64,000 bases of DNA from assembly GCA_030704615.1 (NCBI GenBank), contig CM060731.1:43338001-43402000 (forward strand). Reading direction: 5' to 3'. Positions 36,445 through 49,894 of the stretch are shown one piece after another. Within the stretch, counting starts at the first letter, position 1. Each line of letters opens with the position of its first letter. The translations under genes were made by a program, and so were the position numbers. Origin of the DNA: Takakia lepidozioides (taxonomy: Eukaryota > Plantae > Bryophyta). Below the pieces are notes generated by a model. The model was not told where the DNA came from. It worked only from the letters and a program-made list of their open reading frames with translations, and searched no databases.

Positions 36445-39400
36445 GTGGAGTTGGGTTCTCTGCTTGTTCAGAAAGAGGTGTATAACGAGGATGGGAATTT
36501 GGATTCTGGGCACTTGGAGAAACCCTTGGTTGGCGAGTGTGGAAGGAAGTGGAGAGTCCTTCCAGGAACATACCGTGTCCTTGGAAAAGAGAGAAGACAA
36601 TCAGCAGGATCAGTCGTTACCCCTGGCACTGCAGCATCGGTCGTGCAACAGAAGGGCACAGTTCCTGTGAAACAAGAGGTGAGCACATCCACTACCTTCG
36701 TTACTCTTTCGGACTCGTCCTCGGAGGATGTTTCTGAGATTCCTCCGCCAGTGCAAACTCCCTTATTGGATGATGACGAATTGCAAGAGATAACAAGTGT
36801 CATTCCAAAATTGAAAGCCCTCGCAGGTGTGCCTGGGTGCAAGAGCGAGCTACGTTTTGTTGATTGGGAGTCCCTTCCAGTGCAACGGGTTCAATACGTG
36901 CCAGCTCAGTTTGATGGGGACATCTTGTTTGAGCTCAACCCTCCCACGTCTTCCAGTGGACTGGCTGGGCTTCTGCAGGGCATGGACAAGAAACATGACG
37001 GACATCCTTGGTGCAGGACAAAAACTTCGAACATCCATAACGACATTGGCTTGAAATTTCGGAGGTCGGTTTGCGTTGGGCATTGCAAGTGCCTGAATAT
37101 TTCTTGCCCTCGGCTGAGAAACAGCGCTCAGCCAAACGAAAGTGAGTGGGAAGGTGTGCCCCTGAATCCTTTCACCCCAGGGCTTACACCTCCCAAGACC
37201 AATACTTTTGTGTGCAGGTTCTGCAAACTTTCCCCGTCCTGTGTTTCTGTTTGCCACGCTCGTATGTATCAGGTGGCACATCGATGCAAGACAATGACTC
37301 GTGCCTGCATTCATATGGGTGCACACGAGCATCCTGTGTCCAAAGGGAGTTGCAGGGATAGCGTGGACATCGCTAGAAATCTACTGAAGCAAGAGTTCCA
37401 TAATGCCCCTTCTGCAACACCTTCTGCTATAGCGCTTGCAGCTAGCAAGGCATTCCTGGAAAAACACATACTGGGTGAAGGGGATGCGACACAGCCAATG
37501 CTGGATGCAGATTCCCTTGAGGCAGTCATGGACCATTTCTCCGTGTTGAGCTCTCCCAATATTCGAAACCAGGTGAATGCACTCAGAATGGGCACAGGCA
37601 CTGCTGGATTCATGGACAACATTATGGACCTCAAACGGAGGAGTCGCTATGAATTCATTCAAAACAGTATCTTCCCTGGCCAGGGCTCGTCCAAAGTGTA
37701 TTTGTTCAAGATGTCCGCTGTGGGCCAAGGCAGTGGTGTGAGCATTGTCCGCCGAATGCAACCTGGAGGAGATTTGGCTAAATGTTGGTTAATGTTTGAT
37801 CACTGCAAACGGGTGAAGGGTTGGACAACCATGGCGTGCCATGTGTATGATCCAGCGTACCAGCGTGTGCTCTCCATAGCAATTTGTGATATGCAGTCGG
37901 AGGACACTGAATCCCAGATGCTCATGTGGAATTCCCTCCTGACCGTCATGCAGCGCAATGGAATACAGAACACAAATTTTGCGGGCTTCATGGCTGATAG
38001 TGCACAGGCAAATTTCAATGCAGTGCGGCGCGTGTTTGGTTCTGGGGATCCTAAGGTCCCCATGGAAAATAGGGAGCGCACATGCCTCTTCCATTGGAGT
38101 CAATCTCTGGCACGTCATACAAAGCGCTGCATTCGCCCTGACCTTCAGTTGGAGCATAGAAGGCTCTGTCTGAAGTACAAGAATGCCACCTCAATGGGAG
38201 AAGCTGAGAGCACTTACCAGGCAATCCGGGCTTGGTGGTTCTCCGCTGGTGCTGCTACAGGTATCCACCTGAAGGAGTTGGAGGACTGGTTGGTTTTCTG
38301 GCACTTCAGGTACAGACAGTGGGGAGCTTTCATGACGACGGTAAGCCTCACAAGTTTTCCTTAAACACAAATTGCACTTTGCATCGTGCCTGTTCATTTG
38401 GGGTTGTTCGATTGTCACTTGAAGAACCTCTACCATTTCTTTTCCTTCCTCACATTTCCATGCAATGCCTCCTGCAGGACATGTCCTTGGAGGACTTGGC
38501 CGACATGCCATCGTGTAATTTGGCAGAGACTGTTCACAATGCCTGGATGCAACAGTCTACCAAAGCAGGTCGTGACTTGTATGTGGCCACTGCTGATGAC
38601 ATGGTGCGGGCACTTACACAACAAACCAGGTACCGCAATTTTCTGATGGGACGGGGTGGAGGGAAGGGCCCCGATTCGACTTTGTTGATGCTAAGGGCTG
38701 CGAGTAGGTCCGGAGACCCGTCAAAGATGGCCAGAGCTCTAAACAGGTGCACTGAAGGCTCCCCTCTGCAATCCAGGCTCCCCCATTTGGAAGGCGAGGA
38801 AAGATTTGGATCATGCAAAAGGAAATTAAACACTCTTCCAGGGTCAGATGGAGATTCCCATAGGCCAGACAGGGTCAATTTCTCTGTGCCAAAGGTGTCT
38901 CCAGTGCAGACTAAGTCCTGTGCCGGCCCCTTCCCAGGTGGGTCCTCCTCCTGTGGAGCAGGTGCAGAACATGCAAGCATAGCAGCGGAAATCCCATTGG
39001 AGGAGGTGGTGGCCATGGTGCAGGAATCTGATTGCATTGATAGTGACTGGCATATAGAACGCACCCCACCAGGATCTAGAGTGGCTTGCATGGCAATTCG
39101 GACCCCCTCTTTCAAGAAATGCAAATCAAAAATATGCAAAGGCTCCAGGGGGACTCCAGCTCCAACATTCACAGGGTTGTTCCGACCTTACCATAGTGGG
39201 GAGTCAAAAGAACACAAGTTTTGGTTCTGCCCAGACGATATGGCACGATGCGTGAAGGGAACAGTTCGTCCTTCCGTGATAATGAAGCCCCCTCCCCCCG
39301 CAATTTGGCCTGTGAAAATTGGGACATCGCTGTCCTCAACCGAGATAAGCATGCTGGAGGAGGGAGGGTTTTGTCTTGCACGGTCCCGGGTGGTGCCCTT

Positions 39401-39890
39401 ATGCACTGTCGGCACAGATGTGCCACATGCTCCGACAATGCCTCCACCCGGTGCCGACTCCCACCCAACAAAAAGAGATGGAAAAACAGTGCGCCGTGTT
39501 GCTTCGGGTGCAGATCACGAATGCAAGATGGAATCGGCTAGAATTTTGCAGGCTACGGTGACTCGTATCACCGAAGTCCCTTCCCCGGGGTATGGACGGA
39601 TTTACACAGTGCTGTCAATTGGCTCAGTTCTTCATGCCAAAGAATATCAAGTTACCATTGGGAATTTCCCATCGTGCACTTGTCCGGATTTTGTAACGAT
39701 GCGTGAGGGCGCTCTCGGCATGAGAGGGAAGTGGGTCCCCTGCAAGCATCAATATTACATATACCTTGTAATTATGTGTTGCGACGGTAAGAGAGACCAA
39801 TTCATTCACCAAGCCACACTAGGCTACGGAGAAGTCATCACCCTTCTGCAGCGGGACACCTCGCGTAGAGCTCCGCCAACTTCTCTTTGA
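36445..39890 (+). CDS. Mutator-like (MULE) transposase: GCM-like Zn-binding domain, DDE core and C-terminal SWIM finger; 2 visible exons
   Basis: A phase-0 intron at 38341-38477 (GTAAGC...CTGCAG) joins the 639-aa and 552-aa ORFs in frame. Motifs: DGHPW..FRRSVCVGHCKC..C..CRFCK..C..HMGAHEHP; MFDH...FMADSAQANFNAV...CLFHW; CNLAETVHN; SCTCPDF...PCKH. The true start is uncertain. Confidence 0.8.
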
Positions 39891-40207
39891 ACACATACGA
39901 GCCATGCCCGCTTCCCATGCTGGTTTCCAGGTTGCCGTGTGAAGACTTTTCATTTTATGACAAACATATACATTTCGTTCACTTGTGAGGGCAAATGCAC
40001 TTGCGATTCATTGTAAGCGTCTCTCTGTGAATTGAAATAAACTGTGTCAATCATTCTGAGCTCAAATCTGCCATGTTTACATATTCCTCTTTTTTGGCAC
40101 GCATTGCAGACATGGTGCATGGTGGCCTCCTTTGTTTTGTCCACGGTAAATAGGCCCTCTTCCTGCAATCCTCGCCTATAGGACCTGCTTCTCCAGCAGA
40201 TTCATGC

Positions 40208-40308
40208 CGCTCACGCTTCCCTGAAGCGTGAGCTCAGCTCACGCTTCAAAGCTTGAACGTGAGCTCAGCTCCCAGGCTCACGGGGCTGGGCTCACGCCGT
40301 AGCTACGC
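40208..40308. repeat. Cluster of GCTCACG/CGTGAGC palindromes; probable right terminus of the MULE-like element
   Basis: Six motif copies in ~100 bp form hairpins such as GCTCACGCTTC-cct-GAAGCGTGAGC. The cluster ends in CGTAGCTACG at the junction with gypsy sequence. Confidence 0.65.
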
Positions 40309-43300
40309 TGTCCAACCAGTCACCACTTCATCCTGTAAGCTCACAGTGGCTGGTTCCTCTAGGATTTCCATTTCTCCTTCTCTTTCTTCATAGAAATGTG
40401 ATGGGTAACTGTTGGTTTCATCTTCAGTTGGTGTTGCTGTCACTACACCACAGCAGATACCTCTTAAACAACTTAGGCTTTCCAGCCGCATCTCTGCAAC
40501 TTGCTCCCACTCTGGGTGTGCAGCAAACAGGGTAGCTTCCTGCTCCTCATCCAGTCCTTCTCTCCAGTCATACTCTCTGACTCCTCGAGGTCTTCTCGTA
40601 GCAGGTAATCTACTGGATTTCTTTGTGGTAATTTGTATCTCGTGTATCCCATTATGCACGGTTAGTAACTGAGAATTCCAGTCATGGAATACCCTGGCCT
40701 GTTTCAGTCACGGACGTCCCAATAATAAGGAGTAAGCCTCCATGACTTCATCCATCTTCAACACAGTTACTGTGATCATAAAGATCATCTTCTGTATCTG
40801 TATCTTAACTCCTCTTATTAATCCCAATGGCTGTACACTTCTTTGATCTGCCATTGTTACTGTAAATGGGGCTGGTTTCATGTTACTTAGACCAAGCTTC
40901 TTTCTCAATTGGTCTGTCATGATATTTACTCCAGAACCTCCATCTATCAGTACATCAGTTAGTTCTGTGCTTCCAGTTCTCAATTGGATTACTGGCATAG
41001 AATCATCAAAGTCCATGACTGTTTCTCGCCCTTCCGGCTTCACATTATAACTGGTCACCTTGCTGTTCAGGTCTGTGTTTCCTGTCTCCTGGGCAATTCG
41101 ATTGATTGCTTGATACAGCCTGTGCCTACAATAAGGTGCCACAGCCAATAGCTGTCCAATGGTAATCTCTGCTTTGGTCTGGCATATTACTTCAGCCAAA
41201 GTCTCTTCATTACTTTGCATGTCCGCATCGTCTCACTTCTTCTTCTCCATCAGAATCAGAGGAATCTGCCACAGGAATATCAGTACTCTTCTGCATTTCC
41301 CTTATGGTATCTGCCACTTCCTTGTGCAGTTCCTTCTCCTCTCTCCAAGCCTCATCATCTCCAGGTATATCACTGCCACCTTCATTATCATCATCTTCCT
41401 CAACTACCGGAGGTATTAATTTAGCTTTGCTTCTGGTTACTATCATTGTACTTACTTCTGGTACAACACATGGCCTAACCATGTGAGCTGCCACCACTGG
41501 GCCCTCATTCACAGGAGCTCTCATCTCATTCTAGTGTCTTATCCAGAATGAACAGGTTGCCTTGCGATGTCCTGGCTGATTACAATAGTAACATAGTTCT
41601 TCACCATTGGGTCCTCGCCCTTGGTCTGCTCTTGGATTATTTCTGTAATCCTGATTCCCGGGCTGGTAATTCCCCCTTGGATTACCCTGATGGTTGCCTC
41701 TGGAATTTCCTTGGTAATTCCCTCTTGAATTACCTCTCCCTTTCATGCCATTGTTATAACCACCAGACCTACCATAATGGTCCTGATCATTGTTTCTTCT
41801 TGGCTGGGGCTGCACCTGATGCACCCTTACTTGCCTAGGTTCTCTTACAGCTGTCCTTCTGTTGTAGTAACAATTCTCAGTAGAATGGTTATCCATTTTA
41901 CAGATAGTACACTGTTTCTCCTTCATGTGGCATTCTGTGGTGGTATGGCCTTCATTTTGGCACTTTGCACACCATACACCCTTCCTCCAATGTGTTGCAG
42001 CCTCTGTGGCATACTTCTTCAAGATTTCTTCCAATTTTTTTTCATAGTTATCCCTCTTCAACTTCTCCTTTCTCTTACTCTTCCTTTTTAGTTCTTGCTC
42101 TTCTTCTTCATCTGACTCATCCTCAGAGTCCTCATCATCCCTTTTCTCTCTCCTGAGCATTCCCAATTGCTCAATTCTGTTTGCAGTTTCAAATGCCTCC
42201 TCCACTGTATTATGGGGTAACATATCCACTTTCTTTTGCAACTCTGGTCTTAGTCCACTCACAAACCAAGTCTTCTGTAAACCGGGTGCTGGTACTGCAG
42301 CCAACTTTTTCATCATCAATTCCATCTTTTCCATATACTCCTCAACAGTTTCATGCTTCTTTTGCTTTAACTGTTGTAAACTTCCATACACTTCATCCTC
42401 AGTTTTACTTGTCCTGAACCTATTTCGGAATGCTGTATTCAAGCCATTCCAGGTTAGGAAATGATTATCAGAGAATCTTGCATACCATTCACTTGCTTTC
42501 TTTATAAGTGAACAAGGAAACAATCTCATCTTGGCATCATCGCCATTCTCATTGTTCACTATACACATGTGCTCAAATTGGCTAATGTGTACATCGGGAT
42601 CCCCTTTTCCTGAATATATTGGAAAAGGTGGTTTTGTCCGTGTTGGTTGTAACGCCATCTGTGGCCCTACCTTCTGCCCACTGACAGGTGCTGGCACCCT
42701 TGCTGGTGCTGGTCCTTCTGGACCTGTTGTTTTTGTGGTGGATCTTCCACCAAGTGGTGGCCCTTGAGCACTCCCTGCTACTGGCCCCACGATATTCACC
42801 GTATTCCCAGCTTCAGTTGCACTACTTCCCACACTCCCTGTCCCCCCAGAGCCAGATCCAGGCCGCCCGCCTGATCCCCCTGAGCCGACACCTTCGTTGG
42901 CCTGTGATCCAAGTGCTCCACTTGATCCAGGTCCAACAGGTTGGGATGTCCTGGTTGTAGTCTCAACCTCAGCTGTTGGGTCTACTTCTTCATACTCTTC
43001 CTCTTCCAATTTCTTCTCCCTGTTTTCATCCTCCAAGTTCTGTCCTTGGGTTTCTTCTTCACTCATGTAACTCAACTGTAATGGTGTTGGAGAGTCTGAA
43101 CTCTCCGTTGGCTCTGCCACATCCTCTCCTCCTCCTTCACCTTCCGCTTCAGAAACTGGAGTTCCTGCTTTTGGTGTTCCATGCCAACTCTTATCAAAGA
43201 TTTCTGTCAAATCTTTTATCCAGGGATGTACCTCAGATCTTTCACCTCGTGATTGATCTTCTTCCCGTACCAATTCCCTTAATCTTTCTTGCAAAGAAAC

Positions 43301-43511
43301 AGAAGGAGTGGCATCCAACTCTAGTTCTTCTGGTATGGGTGATGTACTCTTTGATCTTAATGGCGTGAGAGGTCCAGATGATTCCCCTATGTCTATTCCT
43401 CTCTCCCAAAGATATGGATAATTAGCTTTCAGATAGCTTTCTCTTTTTGCTGAATATCTCTGGCATCTAGCTTCTCTTTCATCACTCATGTCCCATGTCT
43501 TTCATTTCTTT

Positions 43512-44153
43512 TTAATGTGGCAATAACCAAAACTCTCTTCTGTAATATCTCTCATATATGCCTGGGTTTCTTTCAAGCTTCAATGCACCCTTGGCTATAC
43601 TTGAAGTCTCCGTTACCATATAACCATATGGCAAACAAGTCTGGAAAGCTGTTCTTGGTGTGAGTTTGATCCACAAAATATCCTTTGGAATCCAATTCTT
43701 TACCAGTACAAGCTCTTCATGCATATGAGTATAAACATTCACTTTTCTTTCCTCCCAGCCTTCAAACTCTACTTGCTTAATGGATAGCAATGCTATCACA
43801 TATACCAATGTTGGTAACCAACGTGCTCTTCCTCTACAGGCCACCTGATAAATCTTTATCACTCCTTTCTCCAGACCCCACTCAGGGTCAGCATCATGCA
43901 CTCTCTTAAGAATGTTTTCTTTACAACCGTCCGGCAATTCCAAAAACCTCTGGAAGAATCGTTTGGACAATCTTTCCTTCTCAGTTTCACAAGGAATTTG
44001 ATTCACATCAAATTCTTTAATTCTCCATCCACCATGATCCCACCAGATGCCTGTCACATCTGGTTGTTCATGACCCAGATCCCCAGTATGGTCGTCAAAT
44101 GTCGCGCGGCTTTTGCTCATCCATCCCTTCGCTATCCGAGGCGGAAACTCCAA
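43512..44153 (-). CDS. Gypsy upstream accessory ORF1, copy 2 (ATG in the LTR mutated to ACG)
   Basis: Near-identical protein to 63136-63831; the frame is still open. Confidence 0.65.
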   Translation of the reverse strand: MEFPPRIAKGWMSKSRATFDDHTGDLGHEQPDVTGIWWDHGGWRIKEFDVNQIPCETEKERLSKRFFQRFLELPDGCKENILKRVHDADPEWGLEKGVIKIYQVACRGRARWLPTLVYVIALLSIKQVEFEGWEERKVNVYTHMHEELVLVKNWIPKDILWIKLTPRTAFQTCLPYGYMVTETSSIAKGALKLERNPGIYERYYRREFWLLPH

Positions 44154-45082
44154 GATAGAAGAGTTGGAAATCTCTAAGTACTCAGCCCGCTCAGAACAAT
44201 CAGTCGTGACCTACAACTAGTGTTTCATGGGGGTGTTTCCTATTTGTTTTCCTTTCCGCATTCATGTTAGCTAGCTACCTTACTATTGATAATTAAGTAT
44301 CAGTTTGCTTCATCAATCTATCGGATTCCATCAACTCATCCATTCATTCCACAGCTTCACTCAGATCTCTCTACACAGTGTGAGTATGAAGTATGTATCA
44401 GATTAATATCTATCAAGTATCAGGCTGAAGCCATGGTGTCTCTAATCTACTCTACATTACAATTCTATAGCTTGCATTCATCAAGTAACAACAGATCATC
44501 CCTTCTCCTACTCCGTACTCTTCATCTTTCTGCTCAGAGATCCCCTCTCTGTCTCATTTCCCTCCGTCATGTCCGAAGTCCCCTCCCGAAGTCATGTCAA
44601 GAAGTGATCCTCCTCCAGTCCTCGCTCCTCGCTTTATTTTCCTACCCGTTGTTCTAACCGTTTTCCTCACTAACCGTCATCCGTGAACTAATCATGTTCC
44701 ATTCGCAGATGTTGTTCCCCACAGTTGTTCCCTGTCCTGCTTTCCGTTCCCTATGGTCATGACAGCTGTGTCAAGCTGTGACTGGCTGTGTGGCTGTGAC
44801 GGGCTATGTCGGCTGTGACGGGTGTGTTGGCTGTGATGGGCTGTGTCGGCTGTGACGACAGTGACGGGCTGTGTTGGCTGTGATGGGTTGTGTCGGCTGT
44901 GACGACTGTGACGGGCTGTGTTGGCTGTGACTGGCTGTGTTGGACTGTGACGGACTGTGTAACCCCCCTCTACAGTGCGCTGCTGTCACCCCTAAAGCTC
45001 TTGTTGGTCTCAGTCTGTGCAAAAATTAAGGGTACTCCTCAGATCCCGTAAAAGTGTCTAAGTCCCTGGCAGTCCTCTAACA
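44100..45082 (-). repeat. LTR (983 bp) of the truncated copy
   Basis: Termini TGTCGCG...CTCTAACA match 51264-52328; contains a GGCTGTG array at ~44765-44960. Confidence 0.9.
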
Positions 45083-48000
45083 GAAATGAATTATATTCCT
45101 ACTTATATTTGATGATGACATGGACAATTTGTATACCCATTTCCATTATACGTACTCTGGTGTCTTCTGTGCCAAGGTTGATGAATCCAAACGGAGTGTC
45201 AAGATTGGATTTCGTGACATGCAAGATTTCGAAGTTGTCACCATGATCGCAAGTCTTGGTAATGAAGTGCATAGTCAGTTGCATACTGATTGTGCCCTGC
45301 AAAATTTCGTTTGTAAGATAGAGGAAGAGTCGGTCGGAGGGAGGCCATTAGGTCGTAAGTTTTTTCCACCTTTCCTTGTATTCTGACTCTTGGATCGGTT
45401 TCGAGCACAAATGCTCCGTCGCCTCGCAGCAAGGCTTATGCATCAACCTCTGGGTGTTGAAGTTCGACCTTAATAAAGCCTGACCAGATTTGAATAGTTG
45501 GTTTTCAGTATACCGAGATAGAGACGAAGATGACATTGCCGAGTTGGATGCCCATGTCAAGAAAGTATTGAGTAGCTTTGGCAAAGACTAGATATTTCGG
45601 CAAGTCGAAGTGTGTGTAGAAACGAATCATAACATAATAGGGGTTGGCAATGAGGCCAGTTACTAGATTTATAGCGCCCGTTCCTTAAGGCAGTTGCGTG
45701 AGATAGAGAAATTGGTTGTCTTTACTTGCATCGGAGTGGATGGCTGCGTAGAGACGTTGAGGTATCTGTGGAAAAACCTTCCTACAATGCAACAGTTCGC
45801 AACATTCGGTGGGGGGATGCCCAAATGCAAGTAATTGTTCATTTGTACGTTGTTTTGTGATGAGCGACACATTATTCTTATATGCATATTGTTCTAGGTT
45901 TTGAAATCCATATCATAGATGTGGGGCAACCTTTTCGCTGAAATACGTGCGACCGTGAAAAATTAAAATTGACGGTCGCACCTATTTTTTTTAAATATTA
46001 CATACGATTGCTAGACTTGAGTATCGCAACTTATCAAAAATATGGAATATTCAAGTGATCGCCAATATTTGACGGTCACATATAATTTAAAAAATAATAA
46101 CTGCGACTACCAAATTTCGGCGTTCGCAGTTAATTATAAAGACAAAAAATTGAAGTGACCGTCAAAACTCGGCGATCGCAGTTAATTTATTAATTTTTTT
46201 AAATATAAATTAAATAATTAAAATACTCGTAGTTCTAGGTAGATCGAGATGTGTAGTCCACGATCCACATGGGCTATCACGTCGACATCTAAATTTACTA
46301 ATCAAAATTACATGTATAAATTTTTTACAAGAGATAAAGTCAATTTTGGACGTGACGCAACGTACATCTAGACGTTACTTCCGACGTAACGCTGATGTGC
46401 CAACGTTACGCCACGTTCGTTCGGCATTTATTATTATTATTATTATTATTATTTAACCTTAACTATGTATGTCTCTACGATGTAGGCTCTTGAAATATCG
46501 CGAAACTGTTTGGGACCTACGATTTCTAGGGTAAATGTTGCTAGTGAACGTGTGCAAATGTGTGCAGATTAAGCCATTATGTGTGCGTGCTATGGCATGA
46601 ATGTGAAGCGAGTATGAGTGTCGTGGTGGGCTATGGCGTGAAGATGACGGTGATGTGCCCATGTAGAACCTTAGTAATGAATTTCGGGGGCAGATGGATG
46701 TATTTATATGGATGCAAGATGATAGATTTGGATGTGGTTATGAATATTGGATGTAGTTTGATGACGAATGTTGGGTAGTGTGTTGTAGTGACTAGGATTG
46801 ACATAATTACATATAAAAATCTATCTTTTTAATTTATGAGTTACGGTTTGGTAGTTGGTACATTACACAATACTCACGAAGTCTTGCATTCAAGATTGCG
46901 CAATGGGCGAGTGGGAACAGGGCCTTAGGCAAAGGGTAAAGCTTTTAGGCTAAACCCGAAATCCAAATTTTATTCTATAAATAATGTAAAGCATTGAGTG
47001 CTCAGGTGGAGCCTCGCAACCAGGTTGTGGTGGGAGCTCCGGATGCAGGGACGTTAGATCGTGATGGTGCGGAGTCTACAAATACAGTTAATGTCTTACT
47101 ATTCCTTATGATGGCACACAAAAATCAGATTCAATCGTAAATGCACATTTTCCAAATACACGCCAACGTTGAATACAACAACTGTAGCCGAAGTTTTATT
47201 CATGGAGGATAACAATGTAAAAATATTATAGGATCCGAAATTTTTTATTACAGGGTGAAAGCAGGGCTGAGGTGACTACATTTGTATGTGACATCACATT
47301 TTTCACATGACATAATTTGATTCAATTATACCTCAGAAACAATTTTTGTTTTACAATGATGAAATGGGACTCACTCTTCTGTTTCCAACTACTACAAGCT
47401 CTAATCTTTAAATTCTGACCAAGAAATGAAGTTGATTTGAGTATTGGACGTTAGAAAATTGCATATGACAGTGTCACAGTCCATAAAAAAACTATAGAAA
47501 AAAAAAATGATAGTTGGGACTTATATTAGTATTGCACTACTCTTAAAGATACTATAGTCCTATGGAAAATATCAAAAAATAAAATTTATTAGTTTTATAT
47601 ATTATTGTGAGTGTTGCAAAACTGAGTTTTGGCAAAATATATATGAATGCATGGAAACAAAGTAAAACAATAAATTTGCTTCACTAAAAGGTACATTTCA
47701 TATAGATAAGAGTAGCCTGAATACCACTAGCCTAATGCCGCACCGGACAACCATTGCGACAAGGGATGCTGCACAACAACCTCCTCTTTTGCTGGTGCAT
47801 TTCCTTCCATTCCTACATCCCTGTAAAGCCCCATAATTGCTTAGCCTGGAAAATAGCCCGTTTCATCCAAAACGGCGATACACATCCATAGTATATTTTT
47901 TTGGCGTATGAAGCCGTTAAGCCGTTACAATGATATCTAGGTTAGGGTTAGTTTTTGCCGGTGGCTCGATCCTGGCCCTTCATCAGATCTAGGGCTACAA

Positions 48001-49894
48001 GGCAGCGCCGTGGGCTTTGGCCTGTGATGCCTCGCCACACGGCGGGCCACTACGGCTAGGGCTTTTGTATAAAGACAGCACCCTGACACAGGGTCAGGGC
48101 GGGTGTTAGTGTATATGTGACTTTTGGTGTACAAGCTTTGGATGAGAGCTGCTTAGTGCCTGATTCGTGTGTTTGATCCTCCTCTCGCGCGTTGCTTGCT
48201 CTTTCCGCTCGCCCCTTTGTTGTGCAACCTTGCTTCTTGAGAGGAAAGGAGTATATGCTTCAGGCTTGTTTTATGGTGGAGACGCCAGGTACTATAGGCG
48301 TTGATGGATCCTGCCCGCACTGTCAGGATCAGTTAGGTCTTTTCGCGGGATCTGCTCTACATCCTGCTGCCTAAGTGGTTCGCTAATGTGTGTTATCAAT
48401 GGCGGCTCCTCGCTTTGCCATATTTTCTCCTGCTGCTGCGATTTTACCGTCTCACGATGTGCGTTGGGGTGTGATTGCAGGGGATGGCTGCCGTTCGTGA
48501 CTTGTCTTGTGTAGCTCACAGAGAGGGGGAGAGCCTATTTCTTCAGATTAGCGTGGCACTTGCTGTTGAAGCTAATCCTAGTGTAGAGGCTGACCCTGCT
48601 GCCGCTTCTCATTCTGTTGGTGTTGTTATTGTTGCTCCTCCCGTTGTTTCTCACCCTGCTGACATTCTTGCCGTTGCTGACACTACCAACGGCGCGCAGC
48701 TTGGCAGTGTTGCCTTGCCAGCGTCGCCACTTCCTGAGACTGCTGCTTGCATTCTAGCCCTTGTGGTTTCATTGGGTTCTCCTGGTGGTATTGATTATGA
48801 CAATCTAGGGGAGGTAGATGGTCGCCAAGGTTTGAGAAGTCTGACAGCTCTCTAGATAACCCGGAATACTATAATTTTGACAACTTTCTGGATTCAGGCC
48901 CTGAATATTTCGAAAGTAGGCAGCAAGCAGCAGAGTTAGAGAGAGATATTGAGTTGTCGCAGGAAATAGATGATCTGTTGTGTGAGATATGTGACGAAGA
49001 TCAGCTTTGGTTTGAGCGTGTAGAGAGAGCTGTCGTAGGTGATCTTGCTGCACTAACTAGTCATCACGAGGCCCTGTTCATGCGACCTTTGCTTGAGCCT
49101 GGTACGGTGGTATCAGAGCCAGACAGCTTGCTAAATGCGAATTTGAGCTACGCAACGAAGAGCGTCTACCGTCCAGGATGATCAAGTCGCATTTTTTGCA
49201 CCATCGTGAATTGACCTGGTTGGAAGTTGGCTTGTATTTACCTCTTTCTGGTGTTCGAAGTGCGGAGCTTCATCATGGCCCTGGTGTGCTAGGGCGAAGT
49301 TGGTTGTCATTAATGTTACAAGGCACGGGGGCTTTGATCTTGAGGGCACTGCGGTTTCAGCTCCGGCCCTGCGCCTTGGCACCTACTTATTCACAGTTAA
49401 TTGTTGTTCTGTGGGGTGGGGCCTTGATAGTGTAGTTGTCTGATCTAGTGGTCTTGGGTGTGGGTACTACCTTTGCTTCACAGCGAGTGGTTCGCCCGAG
49501 TGCGTTTGAGAGATTGAGTTGACTGTTCAAACTCGACTATGCTTTCGCGCACCTGGAGAGAGGGTGACACCACCCGCGTTGGTTTTTGGCTCAAAGGAGC
49601 TGACGGTTGGGAGTGGCTGGCGTTGGGGATCTACGAGTTACAGTCACACAAGGTGCTGAGGGTGGTGTATTGTTCCACTTGGGTTCCAGAAGACAGCTCG
49701 CCAAGTGCTCGGCCCACGCTCCATATCCCTGCTGCTTAAAGGTTATGCCTCCAATCCAACCTCGTTTCTTGTATGCTAGGTGATTCTAGAACTACTTGGT
49801 TGAGATCCGGAAGACAGAGGTCCATGAATAATTCAGGAGAGCCGCTGGCCGAAAATGTAGTAGAAGTGAATGAGGGATCGGACAACCTGCAGGC

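Larger units (their letters stand above)
40309..45082 (-). mobile_element. Truncated copy of the three-ORF Ty3/gypsy family (5' LTR, PBS, ORF1, gag-protease; cut before RT)
   Basis: Highly similar to 59913-64000. Stops at 41531 (CAG>TAG) and 40708 (TGG>TGA); frameshifting deletion at ~41230. Confidence 0.92.

Noticed and set aside
47940-49740. Possible LINE ORF1 or gene relic in a GC-richer stretch
   Set aside because: Only short broken ORFs, with no motif I can identify with confidence.
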